From positions 348,254,001 to 348,318,000 of the forward strand of contig OZ024741.1 of assembly GCA_964016885.1 (NCBI GenBank): a stretch of 64,000 bases of DNA. Direction: 5' to 3'. Position numbers and translations under genes: made by a program. Positions 39,778-52,098 of this stretch are shown piece after piece. Under the pieces are notes generated by a model. It saw only the letters and a list, made by a program, of their open reading frames with translations, ran no database searches and was not told where the DNA came from. The DNA comes from Eledone cirrhosa (lineage: Eukaryota). Positions within the stretch are counted from its first letter, which is position 1; each line of letters opens with the position of its first letter.

Positions 39778-41168
39778 TAAGAGAGATATAGGAAGAGAAA
39801 AATTATATGAATGTATAGGCTGGCAAGAATACCTGACACGAGAGTCGCTGTGCTATAAAGTATAACCGTCTCTCTCCACCTGAAATTCGATCTTCGGAAT
39901 CCTGTCATTATGGTCCCCAGTCCAATACCTAAACAACTGTTGTGGTATGAGAAGACCTGTGCTCGACCTGGATATTGAGTGTAAATTAGGCAGACAAAAT
40001 ATTTGAAAGCTGTTTTAAATTAAAATATCTCTTATATATTGGTCTTTTTGACTTATACGTCATGTATCTCTTTCAAGATTATATAAAGGACGTAAGAGTG
40101 TGTGAGAAAGTAAACATGCAAAAGAACAATGCAATTAATCGAAACTATCAAATACATAGAACATTCAATGTCAAAACCGTATTAGGATCCATATACATTT
40201 GAGCTCTATAATATTTCTCATCACAAAATATGTAGATTTTATACATGCATAGAAAGCCTGATCCTTTTGTGAAACGCATCCTATTGAATACAGAAAGCAT
40301 TATGATGTTATGTATTTATAATGATGGTTGGTTTGACTTGTACCTAGTTTTAGAGTAAATCAGACTCCTTCGAGCTATCACGGAGAGTTTATTTTCTATG
40401 GAACAATAGCTATATCTTTATGCCGTGTCTAATGAATAGATTGTTATATTTCTGGCCATCAGGGTAATTTTCTGCAGCACGATGGGAAATATCTCTGGTT
40501 ATAGGTATTTGTGAGTGTATATATATATATATATATATATATGGGGGGGGGGGGTCAGTGTGTGTATGCGTGTGTGTGTGTGTTTGTGAGTATGTGTCTT
40601 TGTTTGTCTTTATATATATATTCGTATACGTTAGTGTGTACATGTGTGTGTATAGAGAAATGCTTCTTTGTCAAATATTTATGGAGGAAATAATATAGTC
40701 TTCGAGATTATTCTTACAATATATCTACGGAGGATATATGTAGAAATTTATTTTCAAAGAAGAAAAGCTCCTTTGCATTCGAAATTTTACTTGGTTCGCT
40801 TCATCTGGGTGCTTTCAGTGGTGGTTTTGAATACCTCATACAGATTTATGAGTGTTAGAATTGTGCTGTGTGGGTACGCTTATGTATTTGTTTGTCCTGC
40901 TATGCCTTATGATATGTGCATATATGTTCATTTATGTTGTATACTGACTTGTCTCAAGTAGATGATATGAATGCATATGGTTACGTATGTGTGATGTTTG
41001 TGTGCTTGTAGTTCATGGGGTCTGTGCATATAGAAAGGTAGTAGAACATTTAGAAACGTTTAAAGAAATTCATCTATATAGGATGAAACTTTTAATAGAA
41101 GGAATAGACGTTTAGGGTTCAGCTTCTGTAAAAATATTTCAATCAATCTATCTTCGTGAGAGTAATGC

Positions 41169-41214
<46 letters not shown>

Positions 41215-41234
41215 ATGTGTGTGTGTGCGTGTGT

Positions 41235-41342
<108 letters not shown>

Positions 41343-41970
41343 CATTGCATATATGAATCTCTAGTTAACAATTATGTAGATTTTATTATACAAGTGATTC
41401 GATTTACAGATTTTCTTTTCTATTTTTAATATATCTATACACTACAAAAGCTCTGTGATTGTGTACTTGTCTGTAATTTGATATAGCCAAAACGGCACAT
41501 AAAGGGAAATACTTTGAAAGGAAGTACCCATCACTCCCAAATGGGAATACAAATGGAATAAAACAATTTTCGCGGAAAAACGAAGCACGGTATTTTCCGG
41601 GTACCTTGATAGATAGAGAGAGAGAAAGATTGAGTAAAAGAGATAGTGTTTCTGAGAGAGAGAGAGAGTTAGCTGGTGGTGTTGTTGAATGAAATTATAA
41701 CACGTGAAGTCAAAGAATCGAAGAAAGCAATACTTTATCTAGGTCGAATTTAGTGAGTGAATTTTAAGTCATATGTATCATATAACTTGCGTTAGGACAG
41801 GATGTGTGTGTGTAAGTGTGTGTGTATACATATATATGTGCGTGTGTGTCTATATATGTGTGTCTCTCTGTGAAAAGTGTATATATGTCAGAGACATCCA
41901 TATATATATATACATATACAGACACACACTCGTACACACGCGTACACACACACATATGTATATAAATATG

Positions 41971-42008
<38 letters not shown>

Positions 42009-42297
42009 CATACATATATATGTATCAAGTGTTCCCGTAGGAAAGGTAAAGGAAAGGAAAGTGCCCTATGTAGACTACAGAGCTTTTTAGTTATGTAATA
42101 AATAACATAAGTTAATTGTTTCATTTACCAAAGGTTTCACGAAGACATATGACCTTGACACAGACGTCTGAAATCGTTCGTCAGAATGAAAATTTATTTA
42201 AAACAGATGTGAGATATGGATTTCAAAAGAAAGTCTAGAAATATTGAAAGCGAGACTGAAATATAATAACGGACGTATTGTAAAGCGAAAATAATAA

Positions 42298-42367
<70 letters not shown>

Positions 42368-42371
<4 letters not shown>

Positions 42372-43194
42372 TATGAAGAGAGAAGAAACATTTAGATATA
42401 ATTAGTAATAAAATGTATCATACCTAAACTGCTCCTAAATTCCTCGACTACGTAGTTTCGTGGCATAAACAAAAACAATATATCATAAAGATATAGAGTC
42501 CTTGCGAGGTCTGCCGACTTATCAAGAGGATACCTCATTTTACTAGTCTCAAGAACGCGTCTACACGACGTGAGAAAGAATCCCAAAAGGCGGAGGGGGA
42601 GATAGTCACGCGATATAACGGTCGAGAAACAGAGCTAAGCCTCTTATAACCCCGAAGAAAATACCACGGAGGCGGAGGGGGTATTTATATCGAGGCCGTA
42701 GAAGAGGTGGTGAAGAAGGCGAGAAGTATGAGTAATGGAAGCTTTCCAGCTGTCCCCACACTTCAAAGATTGCTCGACCAGAGGGAGTTATTAACAATAT
42801 ATTTATTTAGAAACACACAGATACATGCGGACACACACATATATACATGAATGCATCCGCACCCAACTGTGAGTTAAGGGTGCCAACTTCACCGATGTTG
42901 CTCAATGAATGACCGGGACAGACCAATTCAGTTGAACTAGACTGAACCAATATCAGAGTTAAAAATACATGTGCGGAATTTAGGAGCAGTTTAGGTATGA
43001 TACATTTTATTACTAATTATATCTAAATGTTTCTTCTTTCTTCATAATGTATTTTTAACTCTGATACTGGTTCAGTCTAGTTCAACTGAATTGGTCTGTC
43101 CCGGTCATTCATTGAGCAACATCGGTGCAGTTGGGTACGGATGCATTCATGTATATATGTGTGTGTCCGCATGTATCTGTGTGTTTCTAAATAA

Positions 43195-43201
<7 letters not shown>
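42368..43201 (-). mobile_element. ORF-less HHR-bearing element with interlaced inverted repeats (PLE pLTR/retrozyme-like)
   Basis: A (42368-42443) inverted at 42975-43052; B (42797-42970) inverted at 43047-43201; intact HHR; (TA)n on both flanks. Confidence 0.75.
42441..42530 (-). ncRNA. Type I hammerhead ribozyme, U3-A8 core variant, long stem II
   Basis: UCCUC UUGAUAA GUCGGCA...UGCCAC GAA ACUACGUAGU C GAGGA: perfect 5-bp stem I, palindromic stem III, GUC site (cut between + positions 42446 and 42445). Confidence 0.85.
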
Positions 43202-43252
<51 letters not shown>

Positions 43253-43427
43253 TATATAAATATACACATACATATATAATCACATACTCACGCATATACT
43301 CACATACTTACACATACGTACATGTACATATACATATATATATACACATACATACATACACACATATCACTTGCACATGCGTACACATACATAAACATAC
43401 ACATACACATATCTATAAATATAAATA

Positions 43428-44341
43428 CTAGGTGGGTCAGAAAACCTCCAGGACTGATGTCACAAAAGATTTCTTTCAAACCCAAACTTCACACCAGGAG
43501 TTTTCTCCTTCAAAGTAATCCCCCTGGTGGATGTAACTGTAAACTTAGCTCTCTGCAGCGATCAAACTTTTTTCTTCATAATGTTATATACATGTCCTCT
43601 GTTTCAGGTCGTCAAGCAATGAGCATAGAGCAACGAACAAACTTGAAGTTTCTGGTATGGTTGAGGAAAACTCCGTCAGAAGCACTGGGATTGCTGCAGC
43701 AAGTGTATGGAGATGAGACGATGTCACGCACACGTGTTTTTGAGTGGTGCAAGAGGTTTAAAGAATGACGCGAAGACGTGGAAGATGACCCCAGGAGCGG
43801 AAGGCCCTCAACAGCCAGGACTGAGGTCAACGTTGAGCACGTCAGGCAGATGGTGCGTAGCGATCGTCGGCTGACTGTTCGACTGATGGCAAATGAGCTG
43901 GGCATGAATCGGGACAGCGTCTGGAAGATTCTCACTGAAGATTTGGACATGCGGAAAGTCTGCGCGAAGATGGTGCCAAAATTGCTGAACGATGACCAGA
44001 AGGGTCGACGCATGCAAGTGTGCCAGGACATCCTCGAGCGTCTTGAAACCGAACCACACTTGTTAGGGACATTCATCACCGGTGATAAGTCATGGATCTT
44101 CGAGTACGACCCGGAGTGTAGCCGTTTGAAGAGGTGGACGACATCAAAAAGGCCGTGACGACGGATTGCGGAGGATCCCGGATGAATCCCTCCAGGAGTG
44201 CAGGCAAGCGTGGTAGAAAAGGCTGGAAGAGTGCATTAGACGCCAGGGGGATTACATAGAAGGAGAAAAGTCTTAGCGTGAAGTTTGGGTTTGAAATAAA
44301 TATTTTGTGGCATCAGTCCTGGAACTTTTCTGACCAACCTC

Positions 44342-44342
<1 letters not shown>
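43428..44342 (+). mobile_element. mariner transposon, internally deleted
   Basis: TA-flanked TIRs C(T/G)AGGT(G/T)GGTCAGAAAA..TCCAGGACTGATG.CACAAAA with similarity over ~100 bp. Transposase MSIEQRTNLKF...FEWCKRFKE*REDVEDDPRSGRP...KMVPKLL...ITGDKSWIFEYDPE, then most of the catalytic domain missing. Confidence 0.92.
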
Positions 44343-44410
<68 letters not shown>

Positions 44411-44771
44411 TACATACATACACACATTCATGTACACATGCTATATATAGACATATATGCATATATATATACACACATATATGTAAATATATATAAATAT
44501 ACACGCACACATACATATACACATACATATATACATATATACATATATGTACACACACACATGTATATGAATACATATACACACATACAACATACCATAC
44601 ACACGCCTACATTTACGTCGATATAGCTCAGTGCCTGATTTATCAGTCAAGAACGGAAAAAATTAAAGATAAGATTAAAATAAAAATAAATGTACATTGC
44701 AATCACACGCGACGAATCTAAAATGCAGGGGTTGACAAAAACAAGTAAATAAAGAATTAGAAAATTAAAAG

Positions 44772-44850
<79 letters not shown>

Positions 44851-44940
44851 GTACAGGCTCACGCAAACACACACATGTAAGAATAAATATACACGCACAA
44901 CTACATACATATGTACATACATATATACATACCTATAAAC

Positions 44941-45036
<96 letters not shown>

Positions 45037-45201
45037 TAGAATTGGTGCTCTGAAATAGCGATATATATATATGAATGTATATATAGTGTATTTTCAATAC
45101 ACTGTATGCTTAATTAAAAGCATTTCGAAGACCTTATGCTATTGTTTTAGAGTAGTGACATTCTCACTTACTTTAAATTGTCAACAAACAAGGGGAGATA
45201 A

Positions 45202-45246
45202 AGCTGACAGAGCTCTGTTTCGTACTGATTGGTACTCATCAAGGCC
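45202..45246 (-). ncRNA. Type I hammerhead ribozyme (tandem copy 1, U3-G8)
   Basis: GGCC UUGAUGA GUAC-CAAUCA-GUAC GAA ACAGAGCUCUGU C AGCU; palindromic stem III; C-A mismatch at the base of stem I. Confidence 0.78.
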
Positions 45247-45528
45247 AAGTACTCCACCTGTTTTCTGAAAATCATGAATATTTGATTCTTATAAAATTCT
45301 AGTAATAATCAGGAACTGATTACACAGAGCGGTTGCCGATCAAGCAGAAATTGAAAATTAGAATTGGTGCTCTGAAATAACGATATATATATATATATGA
45401 ATGTATATATAGTGTATTTTGCAATACACTGTATGCTTAATTAAAAGCATTTCGAAGACCTTACGCTATTGTTTTAGAGTAGTGACAATCTCACTTACTT
45501 TAAATTTTCAGCAAACAAGGGGAGATAA

Positions 45529-45573
45529 AGCTGACAGAGCTCTGTTTCATACTGATTGGTACTTATCAAAGCC
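45529..45573 (-). ncRNA. Type I hammerhead ribozyme (tandem copy 2, U3-A8)
   Basis: GGCU UUGAUAA GUAC-CAAUCA-GUAU GAA ACAGAGCUCUGU C AGCU; stem I GGCU/AGCU, GUC site. Confidence 0.82.
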
Positions 45574-45619
45574 AAGTACTCTACCTGTTTGATGAAAATC
45601 ATGAATGTTTGATTCCTAT

Positions 45620-47547
45620 CGGGAAAAATCTTCTTTAGGCTCAGCGAAAACACTTCCCACTACAACACCGCAACCACAACATAATCAACAAAAACACCAT
45701 CAAACTCTCCTACAGCACCACACCTAACTTTGCACAAAACATCGTCTCCTATAACAACAAAAAACTCAACCCCTATGGAAGAAATAACCTAGACAGTAGT
45801 GGAGAGCCGACCAGGATGTGTAACTGTCCTGATAGATCTCATGCCCCCTCAACAACAGATGCCGAGATTGTAATGTGATCTAGCAGTGCAACATGAAAAC
45901 GGACACCTCCAACAAAGGTTATATAGGATTAACCGCTTGTGACTTCAAGACCCGGCTATACCTACACAGACATACTTTCCGAAACCCGGCCCGGCGTCAC
46001 GCCACTACACTTTCGGGCCACATCTGGGACCTCAAAGTTAATAATATAACCTAAAATCTCATTTGGAGCTTACTGTCCAGAGCCAACACTTACACGGGAG
46101 GACGCTGTCCGTGTAACTTATGCTCGGAGGAAACATTACAAATGTTGTTTTCGAAGGACCAACTCCTAAACAAGAAAGACGAACTGGTAACTATATGCAA
46201 ACACAGATTGCGTAGGACTTACCTCGCCCTCAAACCCCATAATGACCAGAGGGGGAAGGGGTAGACAAGGGTTGAAACACCCCACTTGCCGACTTTGTAA
46301 GGTGTAAGCCCCGCTTACAAAGGTAGACGTAACTTTTTTATATGTTATATCTTTTCCTCTATATTTCCTTCTTCCCCCATCTCTTCCTAGTCCTTCCACC
46401 CCCGATCTCCTACCTTGTCGTCTTTTTTTCACCTTTTCGCCCACCCTGACGCAGCCCATCGGTCCTCTGTAGGCTCAGTGCCCCCCCCCCCCTAATGTTA
46501 AGATAGAATTGGCCGATTATGCTTTTTATAGCAGATGTGTTAGACCCCAGATACTTACTTTCTTTCCGGTTGTTGCCCCATTTCCGTGATTTCTAAATTT
46601 CTTAGTGGTATTTCTGCATTAGTATGTTGTATATTAGTATTCATATTTTGGGATTCTGAATTAATATTTCGTATTAGTTTTTTTACATATATTGTATTAG
46701 TATTTATGTATATTGTATTAGTATTTATGTATCGTATTAGTATTTATATATATTGTATTAGTATTTATGTTTTGGGGTTCTGAATTAATAGTTCGTATTA
46801 ATTTTTTAGTATGTTTGACGTCAACTTATTAACCTGTCATTGTAAGATAGCATTGGCTGATTACTACTAACTATAGTAGTGGGGTTAGACCCCCTATAAT
46901 GATGGCTTTGCAAAATTCTTTCACTACAATCTCGTATTTAGTATTCCTCTCAACCTATTAAACTTTTCTATAGCTTAGCAATACCAATGAGAGATTTGGT
47001 GATTGTGAAAGGGGAATAGTAACCAGAAATTGTTTTTTTTTATATTTTTTTATATATTTCCTCATTTTAATAATGGCTCTTTTTGTTTACTCCCTTTCAA
47101 TTTACCTATCTTTTCAACCCCCCCTCCCTTTCTCTAGTACACGTTTTTCGACCTTCTATACACTATACTTAGAATCTGCTGTATAGAAATCACTTTCAAC
47201 GCTTGACTGGGTTTCCTCCACTCCCCTCCCTCTTTCTTATACCGGCAAGTTCACCTACCCCTACCTTCCACAAAATGCCACGATAGAATCATATGTCTTA
47301 ACAACAAACTTTTGACGAATCCTTGTGACAATCACTATTTTACCATAAATGGAATTACCTCCTGAGAAGTTCGGCTATTTATTTACCAGTCTAAACATTC
47401 TTATTTAGTCCAGAATTAGCCGTCGAAACGGCTTGAGCTCTACCGTCGGGGTCATACTTGTTCCTATTACCCACTCTACTATCCTAAGTATTGAGTACGT
47501 TGGTGAGTTATGGTCCATCTGGTTCCTTACCACATACATTTCCTTCG

Positions 47548-47550
<3 letters not shown>
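45620..47550 (+). mobile_element. 5'-truncated decayed Hydra-like PLE (GIY-YIG remnant ~45640-46240 plus long 3' region)
   Basis: NKNTIKLSYSTTPN, MCNCPDR..CPLNNRC, GYIGLTACDFKTRLYLH, TTLSGHIWDLK, WSLLSRA, CNLCSEE, LLNKKDELVTICKH with TAG/TAA stops and frameshifts. HHR-like motif near the 3' end, followed by (TA)n. Confidence 0.85.
47359..47437 (+). ncRNA. Degenerate hammerhead-like motif at the PLE 3' end
   Basis: CUC CUGAGAA G..CGGCUA...UAGCCG.C GAAA CGGC UU GAG; stems I and II pair but the core deviates from CUGANGA. Confidence 0.45.
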
Positions 47551-47584
<34 letters not shown>

Positions 47585-48214
47585 CAGATAGATACCTTGA
47601 CACCTGTTAAAAGTAAGAATACACACTCACACACACATGTATTTATATATATATATACAATATAAGAACACAAACATACAATAGAAGATCAAAACCTTAC
47701 ACATATGCTTATATATATATATAAATAGACATGTAGAAACATACACACATACATATGACAAATCATATATAATTACACAAATATGTAAGTATACACACGC
47801 AATTATAAATAAATGCATACAAAAAAGTATACATACATAAACATATATTCATACATAACTATGAATATAATATAATATAATAAAAAGTAGAAATAGGGTT
47901 CCCGTAAAAAGATAATGGAATGTAAGCGTCTGTGTAGAAGGATTATAACTAATAGGTAGAAAGAAGAAGAGATAAGGTTAGTGATAGGGTATGACAAATG
48001 ATATGTGAATAAAGTGAAGGGGTAAGTGTTATTGGTTGTAGATAAAGGTAAGGTTAAAAAAGGGGGGAAGAAGTGTTCAGGATCTCTAAATAAAGGGGTT
48101 AAGAAAGGTAGACAGAAAGAAAGTGGTGAGTGTGTATGTGTCAAAAGGTTGACTGAAAATTGGGGACGGTATAAATAAAATAAAATAAAGAAGTGGGAGA
48201 TAATTGTGTATAAT

Positions 48215-48520
48215 GGTTGTAGTAAAGGGTATCTAATAAAAGGCTGCTTTATTGAAAATATCTATAGACGAAGATAAGGTAGAGAGCCTACGACTACTAT
48301 TAGGAATAAGATGTTTAATACTATAGGAGGATGGCAAGATTCTTTGTGTATATATTTCAAATTTTCGTTGGGTTTTTGATAGGGTTTGAAAGAATCAGTA
48401 AGTAGGTCAAGATTGATGTCGAGGATGTTGGTATTAGTTAGGTTCGTATCTATAGTAATTTTGAGGTTTAGGTTAAAGAAGGTATTAATTAAATCTTTAT
48501 GGAATTTATCAAGGTTTATG
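48215..48520 (-). pseudogene. Hydra-like PLE RT thumb fragment
   Basis: LDKFHKDLINTFFNLNLKITIDTNLTNTNILDINLDLLTDSFKPYQKPNENLKYIHKESCHPP, then frameshifted SRRLSTLSSSIDIFNKAA; homologous to ~4890-5190. Confidence 0.8.
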
Positions 48521-48718
48521 TGTATTTATATATATATATATATGGACTTCCAATTTCATTTTGTGTATATTTTAATTATTTAAAAAATATTTTTAAGTGA
48601 ACATGATTTTACTGGGCTATAGAGGAAAACATCGATATCGTCAATGTATTCATATATGTATAAAACCACCTGCACATGGAGGGCTAAATAGTGACTATCA
48701 TTTTAATGCATTAATTCA

Positions 48719-48804
<86 letters not shown>

Positions 48805-49003
48805 TTTCTTCTTAGCTTGGTACGGACCTATAATAACACACACACACACGCAAGCAAACACACATACAAAGACATGCTTACGCACGTACCCACCAGTTTT
48901 GCAAGAGATGTCAACATGAATGGACCTGTTATTTTTATCTAAAGACATTTTTTCTAATTCCATCCCACCCGTCCCCTCGATCTATTTTATTTCTCATTCT
49001 TTC

Positions 49004-49035
49004 TTCTTATGAAGGACTAGCGTCCGAAACGTTAA
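49004..49035 (+). ncRNA. Mutated minimal hammerhead motif
   Basis: UU CUUAUGA A GGAC-UAGC-GUCC GAAAC GUU AA; G5U substitution probably inactivating. Confidence 0.5.
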
Positions 49036-50382
49036 TACCCTCTTCCTGCTATATATATCGTTAACCTAATATATGCCTTCCATACACTGTGCTGATTGTG
49101 TTGTTATTTCTGTTTACCATTTACATACATATTTATATATATATATATATATGGAGTGAGAGAGAGAGAGATAGAGAGAGAGAAAGAGAGAGAGATATGT
49201 GGATTAACTCATTAAACATTATATAGGAATACGTGTGTTTGTGTATGTATATGAGTAATATTTTGTGTGTTTGTGTGTATTTGTTTGCGTGCAAGTGTGT
49301 GTGCGTCTAGCTCTACTTGATTTGTGTACATATTTTAGAATGAACTGGAATATTTTGAGAGACCGAAACGATTATTTTCTAAGTTGCAATTGTAATTTAC
49401 CAAATAATTAAATGTATTACACCATTATATATATATTGGATATAGTAAGAGCAGATTTCTCATTACTGCAACATTTATAGTAATAATTATTTTTCTGATT
49501 TCAATCACCGGACAAAGGCAATGTTACAACATTGGTTATCCAGGGAAGTTATCGATCACAACTATCCTATTATTTTGTATACCATCAAATATAATGTTTA
49601 TTAACATAACAAATCAGTCAGCTTATATAGTTTAGAGCCTAGAAGAGTTCATTACATTATCTATAACAATGTAACAAACAGAAATAAAGTTTAAAGATAT
49701 ATAATCAAAGAAAGCAGAATATTTTAAAACTCCTGATTCTTATTTTTAATGTTCTTCTTATACAATCAGTTCATTCAAAATACAGTTTTCTTGGATGCGA
49801 GTGAAGCGGAGCTCTTACATATTATATACGATAGGATTCTCTAGAATATCGAAATAAATCATCATCACATGTTTTATAATTACGTAAGCATATTTTCTTG
49901 GACTTGCCTTGACGTTTATCAATAATATCTCTTTGTTATATAGCTTATTGTCTGTATGAATATTTCAATGAATCAGCTTTAGTAAAGTTCACCATTATTT
50001 GTTGCTGTTTTTTTATTCTGTAAATTTTTGCATAAAATAAAAGTTGATAGGAGTGTAATTTCAACACAGACATGGTTACACGTGATAGACATATTTCTTG
50101 AAATAACTGACAAAAACGTTTCGGCTATTAAGAATGAATATAATCTTGCTGTCGTGTTCAATATGGTGAAATATAGAGAAAACATTATCAAAATATCATG
50201 TGAAACAATTTCTGTTCTCATGAGACGAATAGATGTTTAAATAGGAATACATAATTTGACATCACGTTTGCGAAATACAATTCCCCATAATGGAGCATAT
50301 TTTGATTAAATAAATTTGTTTTACTCAACTTTGAAGATTTTTACTCTCTATAAAATTGATAATTTTGTGCATTTATGTATAA

Positions 50383-50430
<48 letters not shown>

Positions 50431-50497
50431 CTTCAAAATATTAATAAATATAGACATTCATGTGATCAAATATATTTTATTATACATATTTCAGAGG

Positions 50498-50532
50498 TCT
50501 GAGCTATTTCAACAGTACGTCCTCATCAGATA
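50498..50532 (-). ncRNA. Minimal hammerhead-like motif
   Basis: UAU CUGAUGA G GAC-GUACU-GUU GAAA UAGC UC AGA; intact boxes, weak stems I and II. Confidence 0.45.
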
Positions 50533-50809
50533 AAATAAGTTGATACCTTGACTATGTTGATGGTTATAATCCAATCATGGCAGTGATTAGTTATGACAAA
50601 ACTCGATATTTATATACCTTAAGTTGAAACATGAATTTTGGTTCGTGAAGACGTTACCTGGCAATGAACGAAAAAAAGCGAAGATAATACGTGTAAAACA
50701 AATCTTTATATCCCAGACAGAAATGTTGACTTTTATTACTGGATATTTTTTTATATAATTGTCTGCTGGTTGATTTTGAATTTCGTTCTATATGTTCACC
50801 ATTGACAAG

Positions 50810-52000
50810 AGGAAGGCAACGACGACAACAGTGTCATTAACAACAACTCTACCATTAACAAGAGGAAGCCAACCCCAGCATCAGTGACTCGCCACCAGCC
50901 ACTACGTCCTATGACAAACCGCTCAGTTGTTCGCATGTTTCGTGCTGAACTCTAGGTCTTTCCGCTGGGACTAACCCCTTGTTTTCACCCCCCCACCCCT
51001 TTTTTTTCTGTGTACATCCATGCATTCACTCATTCATTTACTGCCATTCTACGTTTCTGTGTCTCCCTCTCCATGCAGCCTCTTTCGCTCTCGTTTTCTG
51101 GCACCTCCATATATATAGGCGAGCTGTGCGGCCCTCTTATCCAGAACTTTCCTTTCCACACACACACGCCAGCCACCCAACCCTGATGCCGTTTGGTGCC
51201 ACAGTCCCCGGCCCCATGCCCATCCCTCACCCCTCCAAATGGGACACCTGCAGCACTTGCGGCACCACTAAGAAACGGAAGAGGAGCCGGAATTGTTTGT
51301 GGTGCGGCTGCGTCGACCACCTCACCTACGTTGGCTTGACTCGTCGAGCTTCCAATGCCCTAGCAGCGTGGAGGTGCAGGAACTGCCTCTTCCCCACGTC
51401 TTCCCAGCCACGGCCGTTTGGCACACCACCAGATGGGACAGCGAGCTTGCCTGACAGCCGAGCATCGCTGGTCAACAACGCTCGGCTCAGAAGGCTCCGG
51501 AAGATCCCACTCAGGATCCCGTGAGCGGCACGGGTGCTGGTAGCCGATGCCCTCGCTTCCTCGATTGAGAGCGCCCTGGATTCCAATCGAGCCAGTGACT
51601 GAGAGCGGCGGTTCTATTTCGCCCCACTCGCCCTCGGCCTCCCCAGCTCTGGCGCTGACCGGGGCGGCCAGTCAACAGCAGCCTTCGTCAAGGCCAATGT
51701 CTCGTCATTTGGGCGAACGCCCATTCCAAGCGTGCCTAGCGTACCACATCCCCACCCACAGGTACACCCTATCCTCCGACCCCGAGGCCAGCGCCAAGCG
51801 TTTGCGTGACCAGGTAAACGCAAAGCTTATCATGGGTGATGTCTCGGCCGCAGTCAGAGATGCTGCCTCAGAGGACACTGTCCTCCAACCCACCGAGGAG
51901 GTCCTGGCTGCTCTGCGGCTCAATCACCCTGAGCCATCCACTGATCTTAGGCCCATACCCCCACCCGACCCCCACTTGCTCCTTGTGGTTACTGATGCAG
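50810..52000 (+). mobile_element. 5' fragment of a CRE-like (RLE-type) non-LTR retrotransposon with PHD-like finger
   Basis: GC-rich island. CSTC...CLWC..VDHLTYVGL...WRCRNC, then LRIP*AARVLVADALASSI and VNAKLIMGDVSAAVR..SEDTV...LAALRLNHP, resembling the pre-RT region of CRE-clade proteins (from recall). RT absent. Confidence 0.65.
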
Positions 52001-52058
52001 ATACGTCGTTATGTGAAGCGGTGAGAACAATTACACGCAAAGACAAAACCACGTTTAT

Positions 52059-52098
<40 letters not shown>

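Larger units (their letters stand above)
45036..45617 (-). repeat. Tandem direct repeat (~322-327-bp unit, ~1.8 copies), each unit carrying an HHR
   Basis: TTAGAATTGGTGCTCTGAAATA... starts at 45036 and again at 45358; copies are highly similar; the second is cut off by a PLE fragment at ~45619. Confidence 0.92.

Noticed and set aside
49500-50330. Faint minus-strand RT-like words (NGELY, KLYNK)
   Set aside because: Insufficient colinear motifs.
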